Positions 1 through 11,082 of a DNA stretch of 64,000 nucleotides are shown here, piece by piece; the first letter of the stretch is position 1, and each line of letters starts with the position of its first letter. A model generated the notes under the pieces. It did no database searches, was not told the DNA's origin, and saw nothing but the letters and a program-made list of their open reading frames with translations. The stretch spans positions 4,854,399 to 4,918,398 of the forward strand of contig MU053934.1 in the NCBI GenBank assembly GCA_013239625.1, in the 5' to 3' direction. This DNA is from Lama guanicoe (Eukaryota). Position numbers and translations under genes: made by a program.

Positions 1-1138
1 GGGCCCTAGCCTCGACCTCTCCCTCACTAGGGATCCAGGGCCTGAATGGGCTCACCTCAGGCTTGCTTCCCTCCCGCTCCCCAACCCAAGCACCTCCTCA
101 TCCAAACATCTTCATCCCCTCCCAGGTCTCCCTGCTGAACCCCAAGGACACATCCTGTGGTCCCCACAGCTCACCCCACTGGGCCCTTTAGAGGCGACTG
201 TCACTAGGACCATCCCTCCTTCTGGAACTCTCTCCTCCCTCCCAGCCCCCAGCCTCTCCCTGCCTCCTTGTTCTCAGAGGACACTTGGAGCCAAGCCCGT
301 CCTTGTCACCCTTTCCAGGCCTCGTCAGCCTCTCGCTCTGTGGACCACCCATGTGCTGCCAACCCCATGCTAACTCCAACCCTTCAGGTCTCAGCTCAAG
401 TGCCACTTCTTCCAGGAAGCCTTCCTGACTGACCCATGTCTTGGTCCCACAGCTTCCACTTCTCCTTCCACACCAACTCTTCCTCCTGATGTCATTGTCT
501 GTTTCCTGAGTTCCCATCACGCTGAATCAGTTGGAAGACAGCGACCATAGTCCCTCTTCCCAGCCCAGAGCCTGCTGCTGGGCTGAGCCTCAGGAAATGT
601 CAGCTACATGTCTATGTTTTAGAAGCAGAAGGAATTTTTAAGATGAACTAAGCTCTTCCCTCATTTCTCTATGGCAGGAAACAGAGAGGCGGCATGGTGT
701 GCACTGGGTCACACAAGGAGGTGGTGCCAGGGGTGACTGTGACCCGCACTGCCCCTTCACGGCTGCCATGGAGCTAGCGTCCAGCTCTCCCACTGAGGCC
801 CCTGGGCCCCTGGGGAGCAGGGCCAAGCTTTGTTTTCCTATCCCTTACCCGTTAATAATGGGATTAAAAGCAAGTTGCTGCCAAGGAGAAAGACTGACTT
901 AAAAAAAAAACAACCAAGAACATTTTAAGAGAATGAAGAACTTGAGCCATCAGCACTTTTTATTTAGACCTGAATTCATGAATTTTAACCAAATAAACCC
1001 TGTCATGTTAGGTATTAATATATGTACGATTATGCAAAACCACTATTATAGCTGTAATGAAAATTACATTCTGACTCGGAGGTGGCATTCCAGGAGGGCG
1101 GCGTCCTCTTGTTTCTAGCACTGTGACCTCAGATTGCC

Positions 1139-1152
1139 GTTGCCATGGTAAC
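1139..1152. promoter_or_regulatory. RFX X-box motif GTTGCCATGGTAAC
   Basis: Exact fit to the GTNRCC-N(0-3)-RGYAAC consensus, near-palindromic, in unique DNA. Confidence 0.5.
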
Positions 1153-1419
1153 GGGGCTGCCGTGGGAATCTGTGGACAGGAGGCTGGTCCTGTGGGAGGG
1201 GTGGCCAGCAGGCCCGGGCTGGGCTAGTGCAGCCCAGCAGGCCCCACATCCGGGCGAGACCCGGGCAGCTGTGTCCCCTGGGCAGCCCTGAGCCTCACAG
1301 GAGAGGGTACAAGTCACCAGGGGGAGGGGTGCAGTGGGCAAAACCAAGTGCACAACCACAACGCCCCCAAGTTACTCACATGCTCTCATTCCTCTCCCTG
1401 GTGGCCCCTCCCTTCCATC

Positions 1420-1690
1420 TTTCAATGGATATTTGTTGAGCACCTACTGTGTGCTAGGGTACAGCAGCGACAGGTCCCTGCCTCTCAGGGCAAGGGACAG
1501 ATAATAAACAGCAAACAGACACACAGGTGCAGTTGTTTTAGAGCCTGCAAGTGCTGGGAAGGCTGTGGGCCAGGTGATGAGGCAGAGAGTGACTGAAGAC
1601 CCTTCCACCCTGGAGGGTTGGAGAGGCCTCTCTGGGGAGGAGTCGTTTGCACCAGGGCGTGGGGGACAAGAGGTAGACAGCCACGCAAAG
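1420..1690 (-). mobile_element. L2 LINE 3' fragment
   Basis: atatttgttgagcacctactgtgtgctagg...gtccctgcctctca...cagataataaaca motif typical of an antisense L2 end. Confidence 0.6.
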
Positions 1691-1713
1691 GCACCGGCGA
1701 CCCCCCAGAGAGG

Positions 1714-1891
1714 AGGGCTGACGGAAAAAATTCATGATGCGCGGTTAACTCTGAATTTAAGATAAAGATAAACCACAAATAATTTTTGAGCATATGCAGG
1801 TCCCACACAATATTTTGGGCCTACTTACACTATAAAGTTAACTGTGGTTTGTCTGAAGTTCAGATTCTTATTTGCTAAATGTGCCACACCT
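1714..1891. mobile_element. MER53-like palindromic hAT DNA transposon
   Basis: gttaactctgaattt...agataaac...aataattttt...gtcccacacaatattttggg...ttgtctgaagttcag...tatttgctaaatgtgccacacc, with internal dyad symmetry. Confidence 0.6.
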
Positions 1892-2249
1892 ATCGGAGAG
1901 TGGAGGTGACTGGCCCAGGTCTTGAGCAGCAGAGCTGAGCCCACACCCTGGCGGCAGTCTCCCTGCCAGTCTCTCCCCTGCAAACTGTTTTCACTCTGAG
2001 CCCTCTGAGCCGGCCTCTGCCTGCCCTACCCTGTTCTGTGGCTCCCTGCACGGAGGCCAGCAAGGCCTGGTGCTCTGGTCCTTGCCCACCGACCAGCGTG
2101 ACAGCCCGACCACCTCCCGGCCCATCACTTGATAGCTGTTCCCCAGCCTTCAAGCCCCACCTTGGGTGTCACTGCCTTGAGAAACCTTCCTGCAACTCCA
2201 GGCGGTCCCCACTCTCTGAAGACTATCAACTCTTCACTTAAAAAAAAAG

Positions 2250-2845
2250 TTAGTCATTTTTTAATTGTGGTAAAATATTTATGTTTATTTTAAAATAATT
2301 TACCACTTTAACCATTTTTAAATGTACAGTTCAGTGGCATAAACGCTCACAGTGTAGTGCAACCATCACCACCATCCATCTCCAGAATTCTTCATTATCC
2401 CATGGAAATTGCCCATTAAGCCCTAACTCCCCTTCCCCTCCTCCCAGCCCCTGGGAACCACCATCTACTTCTGTCTCTACTCCAGGTAGCTCGCACAAGT
2501 GGCATCATAAGTATTTGTCCTCCTGTGACTGGCTTCTTTCACTGAGCATAATGTCTTTGAGGTTCCTCTGTGTCAGAATTTCCTTCCCTTTTAAAGGCTG
2601 AATAATATTCCATTGTACGGATACACCACATTTTGTATATTTGCTGCTGGACACCTGGATTGTCTCCACCTTTGACTGCTGTGAACCATGCAGCTGTGAA
2701 TGTGGCTGCACACGTATCTTTCCATTCTCTTGGGCACAAACCCAGGAGTGGAATTTCTGCATCGTACGATAACTCCGTGTTATACTCTTTTTGGAAACTG
2801 CTGTACTGTTTCCCACAGCAGCTGAACAATTTTACTGCCACCTCC
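2250..2845 (-). mobile_element. L1M (L1MA/MB-type) 3' end
   Basis: ttaattgtggtaaaata...ttaaatgtacagttcagtggca...ggctgaataatattccattgta. ORF 2539..2847 contains a decayed L1 ORF2 C-terminus (MEYYSAFKR). Confidence 0.9.
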
Positions 2846-3689
2846 ACATCTCACTTTTAGAGTAATATTTGGATATATTATCTGTAGATTTTGGCCTCTC
2901 TCTTTCCCCTTCCCGTTCCCTCTCCTCTTTTTAGCACACTCCTGCCTCCGTGCCTCAAGGGAGGTGTGTGGCTTAGCTCAGGGCTGCTCAAGACTTCCTC
3001 ACTTGTTCTTCCAAAACCCAAAGGAGAACTTGTAGAGTGTGGGGAAGGGGCAGGAGGCAGGGAGGGGAGGGTGGGGCTGCCAAGCTCCCACAGCCGAGGG
3101 TGCTGAGCTCTGCTCCGGGCGGGACTGGGGTCTGACCCCAAGAGGGGTGGCCGTGTGGAGTTCCTGGCCCACCAAAGCCCCCAGGGCTACTGGAAGGAGT
3201 CAAGGGCCACTAGTCTAAGGACTCAAGCCCTTGTGGCCCACAGGCTTAGGGGAGGGGATCCATCCATCTCAAAGGCCCAGACAATGTGGAGGCAAACCCC
3301 TGGGTAGGGATGGCCCCCAAGAACACAGAAGTAGCATTTCTAGCCTCTCTGAGCTCCTGGGCCAAGATGCCTCCCTCCACACCTGTTGCACTGACACGTC
3401 CATCTGTCCGTCATGTGTGGGTTTGCAGTGCCTACCTGGCTGTGCCCCCTCCCAAGGGGTCTTGTCTGCTCTCCCTCACAGCTGCCTGGGGACCCTGTGT
3501 CCCACCTGGGCCAGCCTGGTGGCTACTCAGGTCTCCTTATCCTCAATCCAGATGCAAGCACCTCAAGGATGAGGCTTTTGAATTTCCCCTGGGAGATGTG
3601 GGCCGCGGGAAGGTTCCCCTGGGTGCTGCACCAACACCCGGTTCGTTCCATTTCAGCCTGTTAGCTTTCAACTTCCAGCCTCACATCCT

Positions 3690-3812
3690 CGTCTCTCTGT
3701 CTTCTCTGCTGCTCACTCCTTCCCTCTCCGTGTCTCTGTCCATCTGTCTCTCTCTGTCCATCTCTTCGTCCATCTCTGTCTCTCTGCCTCAGCCTATCTC
3801 CCTCCATCTCTG
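3690..3812. repeat. Degenerate (CT)-rich simple repeat with recurring TCTGTCCATCT units
   Basis: Directly visible polypyrimidine-rich tract. Confidence 0.7.
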
Positions 3813-4511
3813 ATTCTCTGCTGATTTTCTGGCCATTTCCCTGTCATATTTACAATAACAGAAAGCACATCGCAGGCCAAGCCCCCATCCCGGGCCCTCT
3901 GTGCTCACAGCCCTAGAGGGAGGGTGCTGTGGTTTCCATGTGGTTGAGGGTTGAGTCACAGCCTGGACCTGATTCTGTGCTCCCTTCTCCTCATACGGTG
4001 CATTATGCATGCACTCCTGCTGCCGGTATCTTGGGAGTAGGGAAGGGCATTCAGATCAGTGTCTCTGTCCTGCCCACTGAGTGACCATGGCACAGGGTCA
4101 CACTTTTTGGGCAAAACAGGGGACAGCCTGCTGTGCTGGTGCTGCAAGTGGCCAGCACTCTCCCTGAGAAAAGGCAACACCAGGACTCGTCAGCTAAACG
4201 CAGACCTGGGGGAAGCTTCTCACCCCCACCCCAGAGCACCCAGTGCTGCATGCTCCCCAAATGGGGTGTCCCCACAAGACGCTCCTTCTTGGGAGGATGG
4301 GAGAGCAAAGCTCAGGACCTCAGGGCCCCAGTCAGCTTTGGGCCAGGGCCCAGGCCCCCTGCAATCACAGGGAGGGGCGTCTTCCCACCCAGGAGGCCAA
4401 GCCAAGGGAAACAGGCACTGTCACGGTGGTCATCTCCCGGAGCCAGAGGGGCATTTGGAGAGAGAGAGCAGCCAGGAGGACTGTCCCTCAGGGTCTCGCC
4501 TCAGTGCTGGC

Positions 4512-5082
4512 ATGGCAGCTTGTCAAATGCGTCTCAGTGATCCTGCCTCCTGGTACCCAGGCCCTTGTAGAGTCCCCTCCCCTTGAGTGTAGACTGGACC
4601 TAGTGACTTCCTTCTAATGAACAAAATGTGGCAAAAATTATGGGATGTCACTTCTGAGAGCAGGCAGCAAAACGTCTCTGGTTTCCATCATGCTCACCTT
4701 CTCTTGCCCCCTCACCTACTTGCTCTGATGGAAACCAGCTGCCACGTCTACTTGAGGCCCACATGACAAGGGACTGGAAGAAGGCTCCCTAAGGCCAACA
4801 TCCAGGGAGGACGGGGCCCCAAGTCCAGCAACCCCCACTGCGCTGATTCTGTTGACACCCACTCAGGTGAGCTTGGAAGCAGACCTCCCTCGGTCGAACC
4901 TGGAGATGAGACTGCAGCCCCAGCCAGCATGTAGATTGCAGCCTTAGGGGACCCCACAAGCTGGAGGGTCCAGTTAAGCCATGTCCTGGTTCCCAGATGA
5001 CAGAAACTGTGAAGTCACAGATGTTGTTTCAAGCTGCTAGATTTTGGGGTAATTTGTTATGCAGCCACAGATAACTGATACA
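4512..5082 (+). mobile_element. MLT1F-like MaLR solo LTR
   Basis: gatcctgcctcctggta...tggacctagtgacttccttctaatgaa...gatgagactgcagccccagc...ggggtaatttgttatgcagc...ataactgataca. Confidence 0.85.
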
Positions 5083-5134
5083 ACTACATACCATACTGTG
5101 TTTTGAAGTCATGTCCTGTATTTTGTGAAATTCT

Positions 5135-5580
5135 ACAATAGGAAGATTAACCTATGGTGGAAGAAAATCAGAACAGTGTTTGCCTCCTGGGAGTAGGGGA
5201 AGGACTGCCTGAAAAGAGGCATGAGGAAACTTTTTGGGATGATATTAACATCCTTTATTCTGACCGTAGTTTGTGTTACACATTTATATGCATTTTTCAA
5301 AGTTCAGCAAATGACTGTCAAGTTTCGTGCATTTCAGTGTATGTAAATATCACCTCCCAAACAGTAAACGCTGAAGTGTTTAAGGTGAATTGGACTGATG
5401 TCATCGATTTACTTCGAGATGCATCAAAAAATAAGACGGATTGATGGATGGATTTGATAAGGCAAGTATTATGAAATGTCAATGGGAGAATTCTACTGCT
5501 AATACCATATGAGTGTTCCTAAAAATTCTTTCAACTTTGCTGTGTGTTTGAAATTCTCATAATAAAATGTTGAAAAAAAT
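5135..5580 (+). mobile_element. Old L1 (L1MC/ME-type) 3' fragment
   Basis: aatcagaacagtg...gaggaaactttttgggatgat...ttctttcaactttgctgtgtgtttgaaattctcataataaaatgttgaaaaaaa. Confidence 0.75.
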
Positions 5581-7439
5581 CACTCATTTAGCAAATACAG
5601 AGTGCTTAATGGGAGAAAATTAGAATAATAGCATTGCGGTCTGGATAGTAATTCTAATCAAGGTTTATTATATTAGGCACCTGATGAGGCTCTTGCAGAT
5701 GTGTTATCTCATTTCATCCTTGGGGCCAGTGCGCAGGAAGAGGTGATGGTTCCCAGTTTACCGATGAGGACACTGAGTCCAGGGGACTCACTTAATCAAG
5801 GTCATGAAGCCAGGGAGCAGCAGACCTGGAAGTTCCCTGGGTTTAAGTGCTCAGAAGGGTTGAGCTGCATCAGTCTAGGGGTGTCATGTCCCTCTGTGCC
5901 TCAGTTTTCCAGCCTCTGAACTGGAGATGCAAACTGTCGAGTGAATAGATCGGGTAACAGCGGCTACATTTCTCGAGGGCGGCTCCGCACAGTCTCCGTG
6001 TTTTAGCTGCGAGAAGTAGCGGGAAAGCACGGAGACCCTCCAGTGCGTGAACTTCACCTCTGTGGCCCTGCTTCCTCCACCAGGGTGGGCGCACAGGAGG
6101 TGGCTCGGGACAGGGAGGCGCGTCCCCTTCTGGGCTTGTCCTCCCTGAGAGGCTGGCCTCCTCTCCTTTGCAGCACCTGGGTCCAGCCGGAGGGACGAGA
6201 GGTGGGACTAGGGGGCCTGGGCGCAGAGGGACGGCTGCTGGTTGAGCACGTCCAGTGCGGCCCTTCACCTGCAGCTCAGCCTGGTGAAGTGGGGATTCTT
6301 ATTCCCACTTCTGTGGACAAGGAGATGGAGGCTCAGAGAGATGAGTGACCAGTCCCGGGCCTGCCACCCATTGGGGGCAGCACCAGAATCCTGGCCAGAC
6401 CAGCCAATACTGCGGTCTGTGTTATTTCCGGCTGTTTCCACAGGGTTTAAGATGTGAGTGAAAAAGCTGTCCTTCCCAGATGGATGTGGGCTTCTGAGTA
6501 TTCTCAGCAGCTAATTACTGGGCTCTCCTGTGCTCACAGCTTCCCCACTGATCTTTAACCCTAAAGCCCCAGAGGCTCAACTCTCAGGTGGGGTGACCAG
6601 AGGAGGACAGTGCAGAGGAGGAAGCAATTTTTCTCTGGAGGGCAGGGCAGTGACCTACCGCGGTCAGAGGGCTGGACCAGGCTGTGGGAAATGAGAGGCT
6701 TTGACAAGGATGCCCTGGGCCACCGGTGGCCCTTTGCACCCCATTCCAGGGGCCCTTCTTCTGCAGCAATGGATGGAGCGAGGACGTGACCTCAGCCCCC
6801 AGCGAGGGCCCCGCTTCCCTCTGGAATTTATGATGTGTGGAGAATGGAACGGGAGGAGAGTAGATGATGGACTTTCAAGTGGCACTTCTTTTCCCAAGAA
6901 CCTGCCCCCACTGCGGCCGCAGAGTTAATGCAGAGCGGGCACAGTCCCAGGACTCCATTTCCCGAGGCGGGTTTGCAGCCCCAGTGCAGCCGGGCGGGCT
7001 CCTCTGCCAGCCGGGCTCTTCCTGGAGCGAGGCCGGGCTGGGTGCCCCTGCCCTCACCACCTCCCATCCCTGCAGCTCTTCTGGGTGTGAGGTCAGCTCC
7101 GACATTTTATTTTAGTGGGTGGGAATCAGGCCCAGGATGGGAGTGGGGGGCAGAGACAGCATTCCAGATCAAAGGGCAGAATCCTCAGCCTGTCTGTCAA
7201 GGCTTTTCCCAGACTGGGCCACCTTCCCTGAACCTCCACCTGGGATCAGCCACGCCCTCCTCTGGGCTCCCGAGGCCATCCCCTCTGGCCCTGTGCCCCG
7301 GGATGTGTCAGGGTGGGTGTCCTGTGTGAGTCTGAATCCCCTGAGACCGCGCAGGAGCGGAGAGACTGGGCGGCCCCGCAGTGCTGGGTGCACAGGAAGC
7401 TCTCAAGGCCATGGTTTGGTCGAGGAGGCTGAGCGGCAG

Positions 7440-7774
7440 GTTGGAGAGAGAGAAGGGAATGGTGAGGCTTAGTTTAAGAAATCAGCCCACGTGCCTGTGG
7501 GGGCTGGCAAATCCCAAATCCGTAGGGCAGGCTGGAGACTCAGGCAGGACCTCTGCGTCCCAGTCTTGAGACACGGCCCCTTTGTCTCCGGAAAGCCTGT
7601 TTTTTGCTCTTAAAGCCGGACTGATTGGCCTGCCCACTGTGTGGAGGGCAGGGCGCCCTCCTTCACTCAAAGTCAACGGATCGTTAATCACACCCACAAG
7701 GTACCTTCAGAGTGACGTCAGATAGCGTTTGACACCACAGCCCAGCCAGGTTGACACGTGAAGTCGACATCACA
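7440..7774 (-). mobile_element. MLT2-type ERVL LTR fragment
   Basis: gggctggcaaatcccaaatcc...ctgattgg...tggaggg...cttcactcaaagtc...gccaggttgacac...catcaca. Confidence 0.75.
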
Positions 7775-8410
7775 ACTGGGTGGAATATGCTCGCCTGTAG
7801 CACGTTCGCCACGCTGTGTCACCACATGGCGTCCTCGCTGGCCGGCGGGCTAAGGACACCGCTCTTACCGCGCAGCTGGGAGGGTGGGGGAGGACGTGTG
7901 GGTCAGCTCCCAGCCCGGGGACCTTCCCTGTCCCTGCAGGCTGTGACCCATCAAAGGTGGGGGTCTGGAAACCCATCCTCTGGCCTGACTTGTCACTGCA
8001 GACCCTGTCCTGGCAATGTCTCCAGCCGCCTGTGGTAGGTCTCATTGCTGAGAGAAGTCTGCCGTGACTACAGACTGTGGCCTCCTGAGGACATGTTTGC
8101 AGCCTGAGGACTCCAGAGACCAGCAAGCAAGGTGTCGTTCAGGCTGTGGAGATGAGGCTTTCCTGCATAGGGCAGCTTGGAAGTTCTGTCAGCTCTGGGC
8201 CACCTGCCCACCTCCGAGTGTGCCTGGGCCCCCCCCCGCCAGGTGGGCTGCGCTGCCCTCTGGAGTCCCACGTGCTTGGACTGGGGCCAGGCCTGCCTGA
8301 TACTCTGTCTCCAGCTCAGTGGACCCTGGGATCCCTGGGTCAGGTGCTGCCCAACAGGCCTGGAACCTCGGTCTGCAGGGGCCGTTGCCTGAGTCAGCAC
8401 AGCCCCTTGG

Positions 8411-8464
8411 TCCACTGAGACCCTCAACCCCTCGTCCTCCACTGAGACCCTCAACCCCTCGTCC
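8411..8464. repeat. Perfect 27-bp tandem duplication (tccactgagaccctcaacccctcgtcc x2)
   Basis: Directly visible: 8411-8437 is identical to 8438-8464. Confidence 0.95.
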
Positions 8465-8789
8465 TGGGCTTGCCTGTTTCTGCGTCTGCGACCCAATACC
8501 CAGGAGCTCCTGAAGAGCAGGGTGACGCCTGAGTGGTCTGGGGATTCGGTGGCCCGTGTCGGGCCTGGCTCAGAGCAACGACAAGGCAGGGATGGGAAGA
8601 GGGATCTTTCTCAGACCATCATCTCAATGGCAATTCCAGCGAGTCCCTCGGGCTCTGTGACCCGTGGTCCTGCCTCCTGAGAGCCAGGCTGGATAAAAAC
8701 CCCTTAAAGTCACCTGCCACCATTATACATGTCATACTAAATCGTGCAATAATTCTAAGTGAGACTTTAATCCTGGCAGTATGGTAGGC

Positions 8790-9093
8790 CCGCGGACGAG
8801 TTAAATAACACCAGCTGCTGTAGCAGGTAAACCCTGAAGTTCCAGTGACTTTTTCCTGTTCATCTCACATCTGGAACGGTAGGCAGTTCCCCTTCAAGCA
8901 GTGATCAGGGATGTAGGTGCATAAACCTTATGGCTCTGCCATCTTCCCCTGTGGATCGTGTGGGAGGTTTTCATGGGCCTCACCTGGAAATGGTCCCACC
9001 GGGCATATAACCGTGCCTAGCTGGGAATGTGGTCTAGGTGTGAGCCCCAAAGGAAGCAATGGTTCAGTGAATAGTGAGATCTGTTCTGCTACA
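8790..9093 (-). mobile_element. Old MLT1 (MLT1K-like) LTR
   Basis: gctgctgtagc...cagtgatcaggga...gctctgccatctt...gctgggaatgtggtcta...tctgctaca. Confidence 0.55.
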
Positions 9094-9149
9094 GTTAGAT
9101 CTTCAAGGTTGGGGGGGGGAGCACTTCCACTACATAAACACCGAAAAAT

Positions 9150-10600
9150 ACAGGCTCAATTACCACAGACTTCTTTATTCAATGCATAGCTAAGTTTGCA
9201 AGGAAGGAAAATTCTTGAAAGCCAGGAATGACCTGGGAGGTGACACCACAACCAAAAGCAAATGCTGACCTCTGGATGCCTCGAGGAATTTGCCAACAGG
9301 AGCCTAGAACTTTGGGTTTTAACAACAACGCAGACACTATCTTATCTAGAGCTCATGAGAGCGTGGGAAGTGGGAACGGGAAGTGAGATTCTTATCTCAA
9401 GCTGGGACCCTCCAGGGAGGTACCCTCAGCATAAGGGTGGGCTATAAAAATCAACCTTTGAGCCAAGGACATTCATTTCATTTGTCCAGGGCTCTGCAAT
9501 GAATGAGGATAAAAAGATTTCCTCCTGAGAATGTCAGTTTAGGCTGATCTTCACTAGGCATTGGGGTTTCAATTTGTGAGATCAGTGATCCAAAAACCCC
9601 AAGCCAAGACATTAACCTAAAGTGATGTTAGGTTGGTAGACCTGGGCAGGGCACACGGCCGGAGCACACCCACATCTTCTGGGTCCTTCTGGGTCCCTGC
9701 AGAGTTTCATTAGGCTCACAGTCTCAAATTGCAAAACACAGGCGAAAACAATCCATGATGAGTCAGAGTCAGCAGAAACCACACATGCAAAATGAGATCA
9801 AAAAATTTCAGCTGTTTGAATGATCAGAACTAGAATGAAAAATAAGTAACTTAAAAATGTTTCAAGAAAGAAGACTTGAGAACACAGACAAGGGGGAGAA
9901 AAGGGTATAAAATTGATCAGGGGGATATGAAAAAGAGCCAAATAGAATTCCTAGAAATGAAAAATGTAATAACTTGAAACACCAAACTCCATGGATGGGC
10001 AGAACAGCAAATAGACCCAGTTCAGGAGGGAATCAGTGAACGAGAAGATGGAGCAGAAGCAATTATCAGAATGCATAACACAGAACAGAGGGTAAGACAG
10101 AAAATAGGAAATGGAGGCTGGGACGAGAAAGTTAGGGTAAGAAATACGCACACCCTACCTGGGGTGACAGAGGGACAGAACAGAGACTGGGACAGAGTCG
10201 TTATTCAACAAAGTGATGGCTGAGGATTTTCCAGAATTGATGAAAGACAGGCATTTCAGTTGAAGGTGCACAATAAATCCTGAGCAAGGGATTAAAAAAA
10301 AAAATCCACACCTGGACCCATCAGAGTGGTGCAGAATAGCAAAGAGATTCTACAAGAAACTGGAGAGATGAGAAAACGACCCAGCTGTGAATGGCAATTT
10401 GATTGAAGGCCAACTCCTTCAGGGCAGATACAGGCCAGGAACCTGGAAACGATATTGTCAAAGACCAAAATGTGAGTCCGTTAATTGTCCACCAGGAGTC
10501 TGTATTAAGTAAAAGTATCTTTCAAGAACAAGATGAAGACATCTTCAGACAAAACCAAGATAGGGTAGGTCTCACAGCCCCTCACAAGAGCCACTTCTAA
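9150..10600 (+). mobile_element. Decayed old L1 5'/ORF1 region
   Basis: aaaagagccaaatagaattcctagaaatgaaaaatgtaataacttgaa...tgatggctgaggattttccagaattgatgaaagaca; A-rich strand bias. Confidence 0.75.
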
Positions 10601-10959
10601 CGGAGGAAGGAGGGGGAAGAGACAGCTCAGCGGGTGGGGAGGTCTCACGTACATGGACTTGATGGAGTGATCCTAACCATGTCTAATCTGGGGGATAAAA
10701 CAGATAAAACGTCCAACAAGATTCTGGTACTTCCCATGATGATGATTTCGATGCCTTCTGGAGAAAGAGTAAATGTCAATTCCTATCAGAAATTTTTTCC
10801 TTTTTGCCTGAACCCCGGGTGCACACTTTGTCGACCTGCAGGATGATTCAGCACCTGGACAGGAGCCCAGAAAGCGCTCTCAGGCCCCAAACTCTTGGCC
10901 AAAAGAGAGAATCCCCAGGACGCTGGGTCCCCTCGTGCTGGTCTTCCCACAGCCCAGCC

Positions 10960-11082
10960 CAGTGGTTCTCACCTGAGTCACCTGGGGGCTTTTTACCACC
11001 TGCATCTGATTCAGCCTGAGGATCTGTATTTCTAAAAGTTCCCAGGTGCTGCTCGTTGCAGACCACAGTTTGACAACCACTA
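10960..11082. mobile_element. MER5A-like DNA transposon
   Basis: cagtggttctca...gagtcacctgggg...gatctgtatttctaaaagttcccaggtg...gaccacagtttgacaaccact. Confidence 0.7.

Noticed and set aside
2505..2847. ORFs with L1 ORF2-like peptides (also 37775..37969)
   Set aside because: Frameshifted remnants of dead L1 copies.
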